A stretch of 64,000 bases of DNA. Source: Hyphococcus sp. (lineage in GTDB: Bacteria; Pseudomonadota; Alphaproteobacteria; Caulobacterales; Parvularculaceae). The position numbers and the translations under genes are program-made. Shown one piece after another: positions 12,316 through 22,199 of the stretch. A model generated the notes under the pieces. That model did not search any database, was not told the DNA's origin, and saw only the letters and a list, made by a program, of their open reading frames with translations. Positions within the stretch are counted from its first letter, which is position 1; the number at the start of each line of letters is the position of its first letter. The stretch spans positions 11,101 to 75,100 of the forward strand of contig JAJFGE010000012.1 in the NCBI GenBank assembly GCA_021776295.1, written 5' to 3'.

Positions 12316-12993
12316 TCATCCGGCGCCCGGCGTCTTTGCGGCGGCTTGTTTTAAGGCTTCGGCGAGGCGGACCGGAGGCATCGCGCCGGAAAAGCCGGCG
12401 CGCTCATTGACGATATAGGTCGGCACGCCGGTAACGCCGGCCTCGCGAAAGGCCGCCGCCTCGGCGAGGACTTCATTGGCGCTTTTTGGGTTAGCGAAGT
12501 CGGCTTTGGCGTTGTCGGAGTCGAGCCCTGCGGCCTCGGCAATCGCGACCAGCGTTTCCTCATCGCCAATATCGGCGCCGTCATCCCAGAATGCGCTATA
12601 GAGCTTTTCCGCAAGGCGTTCCTGCGCGCCATCAAAATGCGCCAGACGGATAAGCTGGTGGGCCTTTCGCGTATTGGGCAGGCGTTTTGGAATGCTGGGG
12701 TCGAATTTGAAACCAGCCCCGGCGGCGGCGGCTTTTAGCGCCAGCACCATTTGTTCACGCTGCGTTTGGTCGGGAAATTTTTTTGCGTAATACGCCTCGC
12801 GATCAACACCCTCCATGGGCGTATCCGGGTTGAGCTGATAGGCGCGAATACGCGGCAGCACCTGAAAATCATCGCCAATGCGGTCGCGTGCGCGTTGAAA
12901 CGCCATCAGGCCGACATAGCACCAGGGGCAAACCGGATCGGAGACGATGTCCACCAGAATGCGCGGGCGAATTTTTTCTTCTGTAGCGCTCAC
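12316..12993 (-). CDS. DsbA/FrnE family oxidoreductase
   Basis: SDPVCPWCYVG, GVTGVPTY, SGA motif. Confidence 0.9.
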   Translation of the reverse strand: MSATEEKIRPRILVDIVSDPVCPWCYVGLMAFQRARDRIGDDFQVLPRIRAYQLNPDTPMEGVDREAYYAKKFPDQTQREQMVLALKAAAAGAGFKFDPSIPKRLPNTRKAHQLIRLAHFDGAQERLAEKLYSAFWDDGADIGDEETLVAIAEAAGLDSDNAKADFANPKSANEVLAEAAAFREAGVTGVPTYIVNERAGFSGAMPPVRLAEALKQAAAKTPGAG

Positions 12994-13751
12994 CGTCCAA
13001 ATCCTTTTAAGCGATCATGCGTGTCGGTGATCTCAGGGTATTCGCGCGCGACTTCTTGGTGGAGCGCATCTTCAAGCGGACGGTTTTCTTCATGGAGACG
13101 GTATAGATCTTTATACGCACATACGGCACCGCGGCTTTTTGAGGCGATGGCCTCGGCGCGGACTTGCGTTTCCCGGTCGAGTGTTTCTTTGTCGACGAAT
13201 GCTGCATTTGCAAGTCCCCAGCGCGCCGCATCTTCGCCGGTGAAGGTGGCGGCGGTGAAGGAAAGCTCGCGCGCGCGGCGCACTCCAAGGGCGCGGGCGA
13301 GGTTCTGGCTCATGCCCCAGCTAGGGCGCAGGCCCCATTCTGTATGTGTGTCGCCGAATTTCGTATCCGCCGTCGTCAGGATAAAATCGCAGTGCAAAGC
13401 CAGCTCAAGTGCGCCGGTGAAGCAAAAGCCGTGCACCTTGGCAATCACCGGGAGCGGTGCGAGGCGCAACCGGTCGGCTGCGGTAAATGCGGTGTCGCCG
13501 AAAATATTATCGACTTTGCCAGCCTCGAATGTCGCTGTTTGCAAGAGCTTTAAATCAACGCCTGCGGAAAATGCGCGGCCCGCACCCTCAAGCACGATGC
13601 AGCTGCAGGCCTTGTCTGCGCTCGCTGCGTCTACCGCCGTGATCAACTCCTTCAGCAGCGCCGGGGTAAACGCGTTGAGCGCATCCGGGCGGTCAAGCGT
13701 GATTGTGGCAACGCCATTGGCGGATGCGGCGGTTATGAAATCAAAAGACAT
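12990..13751 (-). CDS. Enoyl-CoA hydratase/isomerase family protein
   Basis: LDRPDALNA, AFSAGVDL, GALELALHCD. Confidence 0.9.
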   Translation of the reverse strand: MSFDFITAASANGVATITLDRPDALNAFTPALLKELITAVDAASADKACSCIVLEGAGRAFSAGVDLKLLQTATFEAGKVDNIFGDTAFTAADRLRLAPLPVIAKVHGFCFTGALELALHCDFILTTADTKFGDTHTEWGLRPSWGMSQNLARALGVRRARELSFTAATFTGEDAARWGLANAAFVDKETLDRETQVRAEAIASKSRGAVCAYKDLYRLHEENRPLEDALHQEVAREYPEITDTHDRLKGFGR

Positions 13752-13832
13752 CGGCGGAACCCTTCTTGTTACGCAGCATGATAATGGTATGGCGGGGTCG
13801 TGAAACCAACACCAGGCGGGCTGGGTGTATTT

Positions 13833-14915
13833 CTAAAATCCCACAACCCAAGCGCTATCGGCCGGGGTCTTGGCGTCGAGAACGTCGCGATAGGCGCGCT
13901 CGATGGCTGCTGGGCCGTTTTCCGTCTTGATCTTCAGCCAGTCCCGGCTTTTTAGCGCCGCGTCACGCCAGAACGCGCCAGCGCGGTTTTCAAATTCGCC
14001 GGGCCCCCAATCCTGAGTGCGCTTCTGGATATGGCCGGGGGCAAAAAACATTGCGCTCCGTTCTCGGATGAAATCTGGGCCCATCTCATTGGCGTCAAAA
14101 TGCGTGACGCCGACATTGGACGTATATCTCATATTCTCACCAAGCTGCTTATGCAGCCGGCCCAAGACATCGCCATTGCCGGACATATCGATAATTACGG
14201 CGGGCATTTGCGCATCAACCTCTTCGATATCGTCATAGGTTAGTATTGTGTCATAGAGCCCGCGCGCCTTCACAGCGGCCTTGTTGCGCGGGGATGTGAC
14301 GCCAACCAGCTGCGGCGGCGCGTCATCGCCTTTGATCGCATAGGCCGTGCCGATTGCGGTTTTGCTGGAGGCGCTAGGAATAATCACTTGGCGTGCGCCG
14401 AACCAATCATTGTCTTTTAGGAAATCATAAATGCAAAATGACGTCGCATAGAGCGGGAACAACACCATCCGGTCATTGTCCATTGCTGCATCATAGCCGG
14501 GCTCATTATTGACGCGGCTGTAGTTATTATAGACCGGGGGCAGTTCAGCGCGGTGCGCAGCGGCGTCGCTCAGCCTTTGGTTTTTGATATTGCCCGGCGT
14601 TATGACGAGGTGGCTCGCCATCGGCCAGTAGCCATATAGGCGCTCGCCGATTTTGATGCCCGGATGGTTTGAAGCGACGATATCGGCAAACCCCCAGACC
14701 GGAATAACGCCCCAGCCTTCATCCTCGACAGGAAAAAATCTCCAATAGCCAATGCGCTCGCCAACCACGCCATAGGTCACATTATTGGCGGTGAAGGCGA
14801 AGCGCTCGATCTTGGCGAGGATGTCGCCATCCTGGAGCGGCGGCGCGGTTCGTTCTTCGAAACGCGTCTCACTGAGGTTGTCCTTGCGGACCTGAAATTC
14901 GGAAATTGTTGTCAT
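13833..14915 (-). CDS. DUF2855-like conserved protein
   Basis: FAFTANNVTY, YWRFFP, PVWGFA, SASSKTA, FFAP motifs recalled for this family. Confidence 0.7.
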   Translation of the reverse strand: MTTISEFQVRKDNLSETRFEERTAPPLQDGDILAKIERFAFTANNVTYGVVGERIGYWRFFPVEDEGWGVIPVWGFADIVASNHPGIKIGERLYGYWPMASHLVITPGNIKNQRLSDAAAHRAELPPVYNNYSRVNNEPGYDAAMDNDRMVLFPLYATSFCIYDFLKDNDWFGARQVIIPSASSKTAIGTAYAIKGDDAPPQLVGVTSPRNKAAVKARGLYDTILTYDDIEEVDAQMPAVIIDMSGNGDVLGRLHKQLGENMRYTSNVGVTHFDANEMGPDFIRERSAMFFAPGHIQKRTQDWGPGEFENRAGAFWRDAALKSRDWLKIKTENGPAAIERAYRDVLDAKTPADSAWVVGF

Positions 14916-15016
14916 GAGCGCTGCCTTTGTTCCATCAAAGAGGGGCGGCGTTCAAGCTACGGCGCGACGGCGACACGCGCAATGCGCAGACGCTTCTGGC
15001 GCCGGGAGCTTGCGCC

Positions 15017-15610
15017 CTAAGCCTCGATCACAACTTCGCGCGATCTGGAAAAGCCCGCGACATCAAGCTCCAGCCTGTATGATGACACGGGCTGCGCCCG
15101 CCCGAGCGATGTGATCATCACCACCTCTCCAGTATCGCAAAACCCAATCTTCTCAAGCACCCGCCCGGAGGTTGGATTATCGATGAAATATCCGGCCGTG
15201 ACGCTGGTAGCGCCCATCTCGCCAATCGCAAACTGGACCATCGCATCGGCGATCTCGCTGGCGACGCCGTCGCCGCGATAACCGGCGCCGACCCAATAGC
15301 CGATCTCCCAGATGTGCTCTCCGGTCTGAAGCGCGCCGGCGCAAGCGATAATTTCACTGTCGCGGCAGACGGCAAAAGCGTGCTCGTCGCCTTTGATCCT
15401 TGCCGCGATCAGCTGATCGACGAAAAGCTCCGCATCCTGGCGCGTATAAGGATGGGGAATCCGCGCTGTGTGGCGGGCGATTTCCCGGTCGTTGCACAGA
15501 ACCGCAAAGCGCGGTGCGTCAGCTTTTTCTACCGGGCGCAAGATAAAGCGTTTGGTTCTAATGACGGTCATATCCATTCTCATCATATTTCGGTTTTGCA
15601 CATTTCTCAA
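15017..15610 (-). CDS. RimJ/RimL-type GNAT N-acetyltransferase
   Basis: IPHPY, EIGYWVG, NPTSGRVLEKIGF; true start is probably a downstream Met. Confidence 0.85.
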   Translation of the reverse strand: MRNVQNRNMMRMDMTVIRTKRFILRPVEKADAPRFAVLCNDREIARHTARIPHPYTRQDAELFVDQLIAARIKGDEHAFAVCRDSEIIACAGALQTGEHIWEIGYWVGAGYRGDGVASEIADAMVQFAIGEMGATSVTAGYFIDNPTSGRVLEKIGFCDTGEVVMITSLGRAQPVSSYRLELDVAGFSRSREVVIEA

Positions 15611-15621
15611 AGAGAGCCACG

Positions 15622-15654
15622 CAAAAGAAAAGGGAAGGCGTTGCGCCCTCCCTT
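15622..15654 (-). terminator. Intrinsic terminator after rplU-rpmA
   Basis: Minus strand aagggagggcgc/gccttccctt stem followed by ttctttt. Confidence 0.65.
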
Positions 15655-15704
15655 ATGACCGTATCAGAAGTTCAGCGCTTTGCGCGCTATTTAACCAGGC
15701 GCGC

Positions 15705-15965
15705 TTATTCAGCTTCTGGAAGAATAGAAACAAAGTTGCGGCCATTGCGCTTGGTTGCAAACTTGACCCGCCCGATGATGGTTGCAAACAGCGTGTGGTC
15801 CTTGCCGATGCCGACATTGGCGCCCGGATGAAACTTTGTGCCGCGCTGACGCACGATGATATTGCCAGGAATAACCAGCTCGCCGCCATATTTTTTAACG
15901 CCCAGCCGCCGGCCTGCGGAATCGCGACCGTTACGAGACGAGCCGCCTGCTTTTTTGTGAGCCAT
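15705..15965 (-). CDS. rpmA: 50S ribosomal protein L27
   Basis: [24 protein letters not shown]...GKDHTLFA. Confidence 0.98.
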   Translation of the reverse strand: MAHKKAGGSSRNGRDSAGRRLGVKKYGGELVIPGNIIVRQRGTKFHPGANVGIGKDHTLFATIIGRVKFATKRNGRNFVSILPEAE

Positions 15966-15968
15966 CTC

Positions 15969-16643
15969 TTACTCCTTCTCGCCCTTGGCGAGTTTCTTGG
16001 CCTGGTCGACCCAACCTTCACGTTCGATCCGGCCCTTAAATGACAATTTCTCGTCAAATTCCTCAACGTCTTTTTTCTTCCACGCTGCGATCTGCGCAAA
16101 AGATGTAACGCCGCCATCTATCAGCTTTTGTGCAAGCACGGGACCAACGCCGGAAAGTTTTGTCAGATCGTCGGCGCTGGCAGCGGCTTTCTTAGGCGCC
16201 GCTTTTTTGGGCGGGGGTTTTTCTGCCGCGGCTTTTTCGGGCGCCGCTTTTTTAGGTTCTGCCGTCTTGGCGTCGGTTTTTGGCGCTGCTGCTTTCGCTG
16301 CTTTTTTTGCCGCCGGTTTTGGTTTGGCGCCGTCGGTCAGAATTTCGGTGACCCGAAGCACAGTTAGATGCTGACGGTGGCCCTTCTTGCGCCGGTAATT
16401 CTGACGGCGGCGCTTTTTGAAGATAATAATCTTGCGGTCGCGGGTCTGCTCAAGGATTTCCGCCGCCACCGAGGCGCCGGAAATATTCGGCGCGCCCAGC
16501 GTAACGTCGCCGCCATTGCCGATCATCAAAACGTCGGCCAGCGTAATCGTGTCGCCCGCCTCTCCGGCGAGGCGCTCCACGCGCACAATATCATCTTTGG
16601 AAACGCGGTATTGCTTACCGCCAGTCTTCACGACTGCGTACAT
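15969..16643 (-). CDS. rplU: 50S ribosomal protein L21 with Ala/Lys/Pro linker and C-terminal helix-hairpin-helix domain
   Basis: [12 protein letters not shown]...GHRQHLT, then AAKKAAP repeats and [11 protein letters not shown]...[12 protein letters not shown]. Confidence 0.95.
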   Translation of the reverse strand: MYAVVKTGGKQYRVSKDDIVRVERLAGEAGDTITLADVLMIGNGGDVTLGAPNISGASVAAEILEQTRDRKIIIFKKRRRQNYRRKKGHRQHLTVLRVTEILTDGAKPKPAAKKAAKAAAPKTDAKTAEPKKAAPEKAAAEKPPPKKAAPKKAAASADDLTKLSGVGPVLAQKLIDGGVTSFAQIAAWKKKDVEEFDEKLSFKGRIEREGWVDQAKKLAKGEKE

Positions 16644-16983
16644 AATCGACCTCAACAGGCGCTATTTCGCGCCCCAACGTCCTTTTTGGCCCCGGCTTCA
16701 TGCGTCCGGTTTTTATAGGAGACGGGTCTGTAGCTCGCTAAGAACGGGGCGTCAAGCGCCGGACAGGGTTTTCGGCCCGTCCAGCCGCCAGTTGCGCGGG
16801 TTCCCTCAATTTTAACGACAATCCGCCATGAAAGGGAGGGGGTGGACGGCGAGGAACTAGCCGGATGGCCGATGGCTAAGGCGCTAGTATTGCTGGTCCA
16901 GATATATATATTCAGCGCCCGCTCGCGGGCGCGGACTATAGCGCTACTTGTGGGCGTTAGCTGAATAATGATACCGATAAACA

Positions 16984-17910
16984 ATGGCTCAAATGGCAAA
17001 GACGGCAGTAATGACAGCGCCCAAACCTGACCAGGCGCCGCGTGTCGACCAGGTCGGCATTGACGAGCGTGTGGCGCGTTTTCGCGCGCGCAGTATAAAG
17101 AAAGCGTCAAAGATTGAAGCGCTCAACCTGATTTTGAGCCAGATTGATCTGACGACGCTTGAGGGGCAAGACACGCCCGGCAAAGTTCGCCAGCTGTGCC
17201 AGAAGGCGATGCGCCTCCATGACAGCCTGCCGGACATCCCGCATGTGGCGGCGGTATGCGTTTACCCGATGATGGTGGCGGAGGCGAAAAAGACGCTTGG
17301 CGCCAGCGGCATCAAAGTCGCCTCCGTGGCGACATCGTTTCCGAGCGGTATGGCGCCGAGCGATGTGAAGCTCGAAGAAATCAAGCTCGCCGTGAGTTTG
17401 GGCGCCGATGAGATTGATATGGTGATCTCGCGTGGGAAATTCCTGGAGGGGAAATACCAGGAGGTGTTCGACGAAATTGTCGCTTGCAAAGAGGCTTGCG
17501 GCGATGCGCATCTTAAGGTGATTTTGGAGACCGGTGAATTGGGCACGCTGGATCGCGTGCGCCATGCGAGCCTGTTGGCGATGCAGGCTGGCGCTGATTT
17601 TATCAAAACATCGACTGGCAAAATTCAACCGGCGGCAACCATGCCCGTGACGTTGGTGATGTTGCAGGCTATTCGGGATTATTATTACGATACCGGCCGG
17701 ATGGTGGGGATGAAGCCTGCCGGCGGCATATCCAAAGCGAAGCTCGCGATCCACTATCTTGTCATGCTGCGCGAAACCCTCGGCGAGGCGTGGATGTCGC
17801 CGGAATGGTTCCGGTTTGGCGCCAGCAGCCTGGCCAACGATGTTTTGATGCAGTTGCAAAAACAGCGCACAGGCATCTATCAGTCTGAAGACTATTTTTC
17901 CAAGGATTAG
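16984..17910 (+). CDS. deoC: Deoxyribose-phosphate aldolase
   Basis: IDLTTLEG, AAVCVYP, GADEIDMV, LKVILETGEL, FIKTSTGK (Schiff-base Lys), KPAGGI. Confidence 0.95.
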   Translation: MAQMAKTAVMTAPKPDQAPRVDQVGIDERVARFRARSIKKASKIEALNLILSQIDLTTLEGQDTPGKVRQLCQKAMRLHDSLPDIPHVAAVCVYPMMVAEAKKTLGASGIKVASVATSFPSGMAPSDVKLEEIKLAVSLGADEIDMVISRGKFLEGKYQEVFDEIVACKEACGDAHLKVILETGELGTLDRVRHASLLAMQAGADFIKTSTGKIQPAATMPVTLVMLQAIRDYYYDTGRMVGMKPAGGISKAKLAIHYLVMLRETLGEAWMSPEWFRFGASSLANDVLMQLQKQRTGIYQSEDYFSKD

Positions 17911-17915
17911 ACCCG

Positions 17916-19391
17916 ATGAGCAAGGCAACCGCCCCGCACACCTTAAATTTCGACACCGGATGGGCCTATTCTCCAGCTCCGGAGAGCACTGACCACGTTG
18001 ATATTAAGGACCAGTATAAGTTATTCATCGGCGGCAAATTTGTGGCGCCAAAATCAGGCAAATATTTCGCTACCGTCAACCCCGCCAATGAAAAGGTTTT
18101 GGCGCGTGTGGCGCAGGCCGGCGCCGCCGATGTGGACCGGGCCGTAACAGCTGCGCGCGACGCCTATGACACAGTTTGGTCGAAAATGAAGCCTGCCGAG
18201 CGTGGTAAATATATTTACCGTATCGCTCGCATCATTCAGGAACGCGCCCGTGAATTTGCGGTTATAGAATCCATGGATGGCGGCAAGCCTATCCGTGAGG
18301 CCCGCGATGTTGATATTCCCCTCGCGGCGGCGCACTTTTTTTATTATGCGGGGTGGGCGGATAAATTAGATTATGCGTTTCCATGCCGAACGCCGCAATC
18401 GCTTGGCGTGGCCGGCCAGATTATTCCATGGAACTTCCCGTTGCTTATGGCGTCGTGGAAGATTGCACCGGCATTGGCGTGCGGCAATACGGTGGTTTTA
18501 AAACCGGCGGAAACGACGCCTCTTACCGCCTTAAAGCTGGCGGAGGTGATTGAGGCGGCGGACTTGCCCCCGGGCGTCGTCAATATCCTTACCGGTGATG
18601 GCTCAACCGGCTCTGCAATCGTCAACCATGATGACGTCAACAAGATTGCCTTTACCGGCTCCACCAATGTCGGCCGCATCATTCAACGCGCACTGGCCGG
18701 AACGGATAAGAAATACACGCTGGAATTGGGCGGCAAGGCCGCCAATATCATCTTTGCCGACGCCGCTATCGATCAAGCTGTTGAAGGCGTCGTCAATGCG
18801 ATATTTTTTAACCAGGGCCATGTCTGTTGCGCCGGTTCGCGATTGCTGGTTCAGGAATCCGTCGCTGACGAGGTTGTCGCCAAGCTGAAGGAGCGCATGC
18901 AGACATTGATTGTCGGCGATCCACTCGACAAGAACACCGATATCGGCGCGATCAATTCAGCGGCGCAATTAGAACGCATCAACGCCTATCTCGACCTCGG
19001 TCAGGAAGAGGGCGCGGAGATGTTTCAATGCGACGGCGAAAACCCTGACAAGGGCTATTGGTGTCAGCCGACTTTGTTCACCAATGTTGCGCAGTCGCAC
19101 CGGATAGTGCGCGAAGAGATATTCGGCCCAGTCCTCGCGATACAAACTTTCCGCACCCTTGATGAGGCGGTGGCCAAGGCTAACAACACGCAATACGGAT
19201 TGTCGGGCGGCATATGGACAGACAAGGGCGCAAAAATCTTCAGCGTTGGCGCCAAAATGCGCGCCGGCGTCATTTGGGCCAACACGTTCAATAAATTCGA
19301 CCCGACATCGCCCTTTGGCGGTTACAAAGAAAGCGGCGTCGGCAGAGAGGGCGGAATGCATGGCCTTTCCGCTTACCTGGACCTGCACTAA
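17916..19391 (+). CDS. Aldehyde dehydrogenase, catalytic subunit (ALDH16-like N-terminal half)
   Basis: IIPWNFPL, KPAETTP, FTGST, LELGGK, NQGHVCCAG (catalytic Cys), EEIFGPV. Confidence 0.92.
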   Translation: MSKATAPHTLNFDTGWAYSPAPESTDHVDIKDQYKLFIGGKFVAPKSGKYFATVNPANEKVLARVAQAGAADVDRAVTAARDAYDTVWSKMKPAERGKYIYRIARIIQERAREFAVIESMDGGKPIREARDVDIPLAAAHFFYYAGWADKLDYAFPCRTPQSLGVAGQIIPWNFPLLMASWKIAPALACGNTVVLKPAETTPLTALKLAEVIEAADLPPGVVNILTGDGSTGSAIVNHDDVNKIAFTGSTNVGRIIQRALAGTDKKYTLELGGKAANIIFADAAIDQAVEGVVNAIFFNQGHVCCAGSRLLVQESVADEVVAKLKERMQTLIVGDPLDKNTDIGAINSAAQLERINAYLDLGQEEGAEMFQCDGENPDKGYWCQPTLFTNVAQSHRIVREEIFGPVLAIQTFRTLDEAVAKANNTQYGLSGGIWTDKGAKIFSVGAKMRAGVIWANTFNKFDPTSPFGGYKESGVGREGGMHGLSAYLDLH

Positions 19392-19408
19392 TTTTGAGGC
19401 GATTGAGC

Positions 19409-20377
19409 ATGGATAAGACTGTAAAAGCCGAAGGGCGCAGCATCGACAGCGCCTCACCGCGCGAAGCGCAGAGCGCCGCCAAATCGGCAAGCCGGGCGCG
19501 CGCAAAATCGCCTGCCGCAACCCGGCTACCGGCTAGCCGGCTTGGCGTTGCAAAGACCTATAAGCTTTACATCAACGGAAAGTTTCCCCGCACCGAATCC
19601 GGCCGGTATTTTACCGTGGCGGACGCTAAGGGAAATATCGCCGCCAATATGTGCCGCGCCAGCCGCAAAGATTTTCGCGAAGCCGTGTTGGCCGCGCGCG
19701 CCGCGTTTAACGGGTGGGCGGGCGCCAGCGCCTATTTGCGCGGTCAGATTTTATACCGGGTGGCGGAAATGCTTGAGGCGCGCGCCGAGCAATTTGTCGC
19801 TGAGCTTAAGCTCATGGGGCTAGACAAGCGCGCCGCATCGCGCGAAGTCACCGCGACGATTGACTGCCTGGTCTATTACGCCGGCTGGACGGATAAATAT
19901 CAGCAAGTGTTCAGCGCCGTGAACCCGGTCGCATCCTCACATTTCAACTTTTCTATATTAGAGCCGGTAGGCGTGGTCAGTGTTCTCGCCGGCCAGGAGC
20001 GCGCGCTTTTGGGCTTTGTTGAGGCCATCGCGCCGGTCATCGCCGGTGGAAACACGGCCATTGCTTTGGCGGCTGAGCAAAACCCATTATGTGCTATCAG
20101 CTTTGCTGAAGTGCTGCATTCTTCCGACGTGCCGGCCGGCGTCATCAATATTCTTTCCGGCTACAGAAAAGAGCTAGCCGAACAATTTGCCTCGCATATG
20201 GATGTCAATGCGATCATTGCCAATGGCGATGATGCAAGTGAAATAAAAATGATCCAGGAGCAGGCCGCCAACAATATTAAGCGCGCCATCATCCGCAAAA
20301 AACCGATTGCGCCTGACCCCTATCAAATCATCGATGTGCAGGAAACCAAAACCACCTGGCATCCGATTGGCGGTTAA
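19409..20377 (+). CDS. Truncated ALDH-fold protein lacking the catalytic domain (ALDH16-like C-terminal half)
   Basis: KTYKLYINGKFPRTESG, RGQILYRVAEML, SDVPAGVINILSG, KTTWHPIG; no ELGG and no catalytic Cys segment. Confidence 0.85.
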   Translation: MDKTVKAEGRSIDSASPREAQSAAKSASRARAKSPAATRLPASRLGVAKTYKLYINGKFPRTESGRYFTVADAKGNIAANMCRASRKDFREAVLAARAAFNGWAGASAYLRGQILYRVAEMLEARAEQFVAELKLMGLDKRAASREVTATIDCLVYYAGWTDKYQQVFSAVNPVASSHFNFSILEPVGVVSVLAGQERALLGFVEAIAPVIAGGNTAIALAAEQNPLCAISFAEVLHSSDVPAGVINILSGYRKELAEQFASHMDVNAIIANGDDASEIKMIQEQAANNIKRAIIRKKPIAPDPYQIIDVQETKTTWHPIGG

Positions 20378-21333
20378 ACGGCTTCGACTTCATTAAGCGT
20401 CGGCATCGCCGGCGCCGTGCCGGGTTTAGTGGTCGATAGACCGGCGACTTTGTTTGCGTATTTGATGGCGGTTCGAAATTCACCCGGAAAGCGCACCAGC
20501 CCGGCGGCCAAGCCGCCATTAAAAGCATCGCCCGCGCCGGTCGTGTCGACGACATCAACGCTGTTTGCGCCGATGCGATAATAAGCGCCGTCAGCGGAGT
20601 TACGGGCATTGTCAGAATTTTCATCAAACGAAACAAAGCAGCCCTTATCGCCCAAAGTCAGCACCACAGTTGCAGCTCCAGATTGCCGGCAAAACTGGTG
20701 GATGCTGGCGTCGTCCTGTAGCCAAAAATCATGCGGGATGTTGTGGTCCAAAACCGTGTTCATCAAAAACACAAATTCGGTTTCATTCGGTACCAGAATA
20801 TCTGCGCTTTGCACCAGCGCACGTGTCAAGCCGTCATTAATCGGCGCGGGGTTGAGGATGGTTGTCACACCCGCTTCGCGTGCAATCTTCATCGCCGCTT
20901 CGGTCGCCGGAATATTATTTTCAACCTGGCAGACAAGGTATTTGGCTTGCGAAATCTGAGCCGTGAACGTGCTAATATGTTCAGGCGACAAATAGTCATT
21001 GGCGCCCAGCGCAACAACGATGAGGTTTTGTCCGTCGGCATTGACAACAATGGAGGCGGCGCCGGTGGGGTGGTCGGCGCAAATCTGCAACTCTGCACTA
21101 AGCCCTTCCGAAGCGATAAATTCGCGCACGCCTTTGGCGAAAATATCATCGCCAACGGCGCCGATAAACAAGGTTTTAATACCAAGCCGGTTGCAGGCGA
21201 CGGCCTGGTTGAAGCCTTTGCCGCCAGGACCAGTGCGGAAAGCGCCAATGCGCGTCTCACCGGGCGCCGGAAAAATCTCAGTGTTAAAAGCCAGGTCCTG
21301 AACATAGCTGCCGACAACGACGACGTCGAACAT
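20374..21333 (-). CDS. rbsK: Ribokinase (PfkB family)
   Basis: GPGGKGFNQAVA, ILNPAP, PNETE, DTTGAGDAFNGG. Confidence 0.9.
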   Translation of the reverse strand: MFDVVVVGSYVQDLAFNTEIFPAPGETRIGAFRTGPGGKGFNQAVACNRLGIKTLFIGAVGDDIFAKGVREFIASEGLSAELQICADHPTGAASIVVNADGQNLIVVALGANDYLSPEHISTFTAQISQAKYLVCQVENNIPATEAAMKIAREAGVTTILNPAPINDGLTRALVQSADILVPNETEFVFLMNTVLDHNIPHDFWLQDDASIHQFCRQSGAATVVLTLGDKGCFVSFDENSDNARNSADGAYYRIGANSVDVVDTTGAGDAFNGGLAAGLVRFPGEFRTAIKYANKVAGLSTTKPGTAPAMPTLNEVEAV

Positions 21334-21368
21334 GTGTTTATCTCCCAGAAAAACCGTGGAACCTTAAA

Positions 21369-22034
21369 TTACTCAAACAGTCCTTTACGTTTCTTTTTCT
21401 CGATAATGTCAGCAACCCAGTTTTCGTTGCCGATAAATTCTTCAAGTCCGGCGCCTGGAAACCGGATCGCCCACTGGTAAAGGTTTTCAATAAGCTTCGG
21501 ATCGGTTGCAAGAGACGGCGTTGCGCGCGCGACTTCAAACCCGTCGATGATGCGTGCGGCCAGCTTGGTGTAGAGCGTATCAATCGTATCCAGAACCGGG
21601 CGGTTGTCGCCGCGCGCGTTCTGATACCACTCCATGCCGTTCAGAGAAATCACCTCATTACGTGGATAAAACGAGCACATCAGGTTCCAGCTATCGCCGC
21701 CTGCATCCTGGTCTCCGGCGCTGCGAAAATCTGACCGCAAGATGACGGTCGGGATATCAAGCTGCTTTGCAACGATGAACTCAACCACCGTGCCGGAATC
21801 CAGATCAGGGCCGTCGAAATTGAACAGGCCAAGATCTGCTTCCATGACCATCTTCAGGTCCTGATTGCGGATATGTTCTTTACGGTTGCTGCTCTGTTCG
21901 AGGTCTTGAGGTAGAATACATGTATACTGGTCGGAAGATTCCCGCTCGATATAAGAGGCCAGCAATGCATTACCGATCAGATCCTTATGATCGAACAAAT
22001 CGCCTGCGAAATAAATGCTCAAAGCATCGCTCAT
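21369..22034 (-). CDS. Nucleoside 2-deoxyribosyltransferase / nucleotide N-hydrolase family protein
   Basis: IYFAGDLF, LPQD, DSGTVVEF (nucleophile Glu position), DFR, NLM motifs. Confidence 0.8.
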   Translation of the reverse strand: MSDALSIYFAGDLFDHKDLIGNALLASYIERESSDQYTCILPQDLEQSSNRKEHIRNQDLKMVMEADLGLFNFDGPDLDSGTVVEFIVAKQLDIPTVILRSDFRSAGDQDAGGDSWNLMCSFYPRNEVISLNGMEWYQNARGDNRPVLDTIDTLYTKLAARIIDGFEVARATPSLATDPKLIENLYQWAIRFPGAGLEEFIGNENWVADIIEKKKRKGLFE

Positions 22035-22199
22035 GTCACATAAAATCCCTGCTGCCGAAGAGCAAAACTAGACCAGAATGCATCGACGATGCAATCTTTG
22101 TGCGTGCGCCGTATGGGGTTTTCACATAAAATACGATATTTCCAACCTTGCTGGTCCGATATTACCTAACAGAATTTGCATTGGCAAAGGATCGGTCTA

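Noticed and set aside
12751-13803. Long antisense ORFs (350 aa here; similarly 8513-9169, 17107-17928, 25576-26379)
   Set aside because: Shadow frames of well-supported genes in GC-rich DNA, with no recognisable motifs
17916-20377. Single ALDH16 gene broken by a frameshift
   Set aside because: The second ORF has its own ATG, an SD-like GAGG and a distinct low-complexity N-terminus, which fits a naturally split two-gene form better
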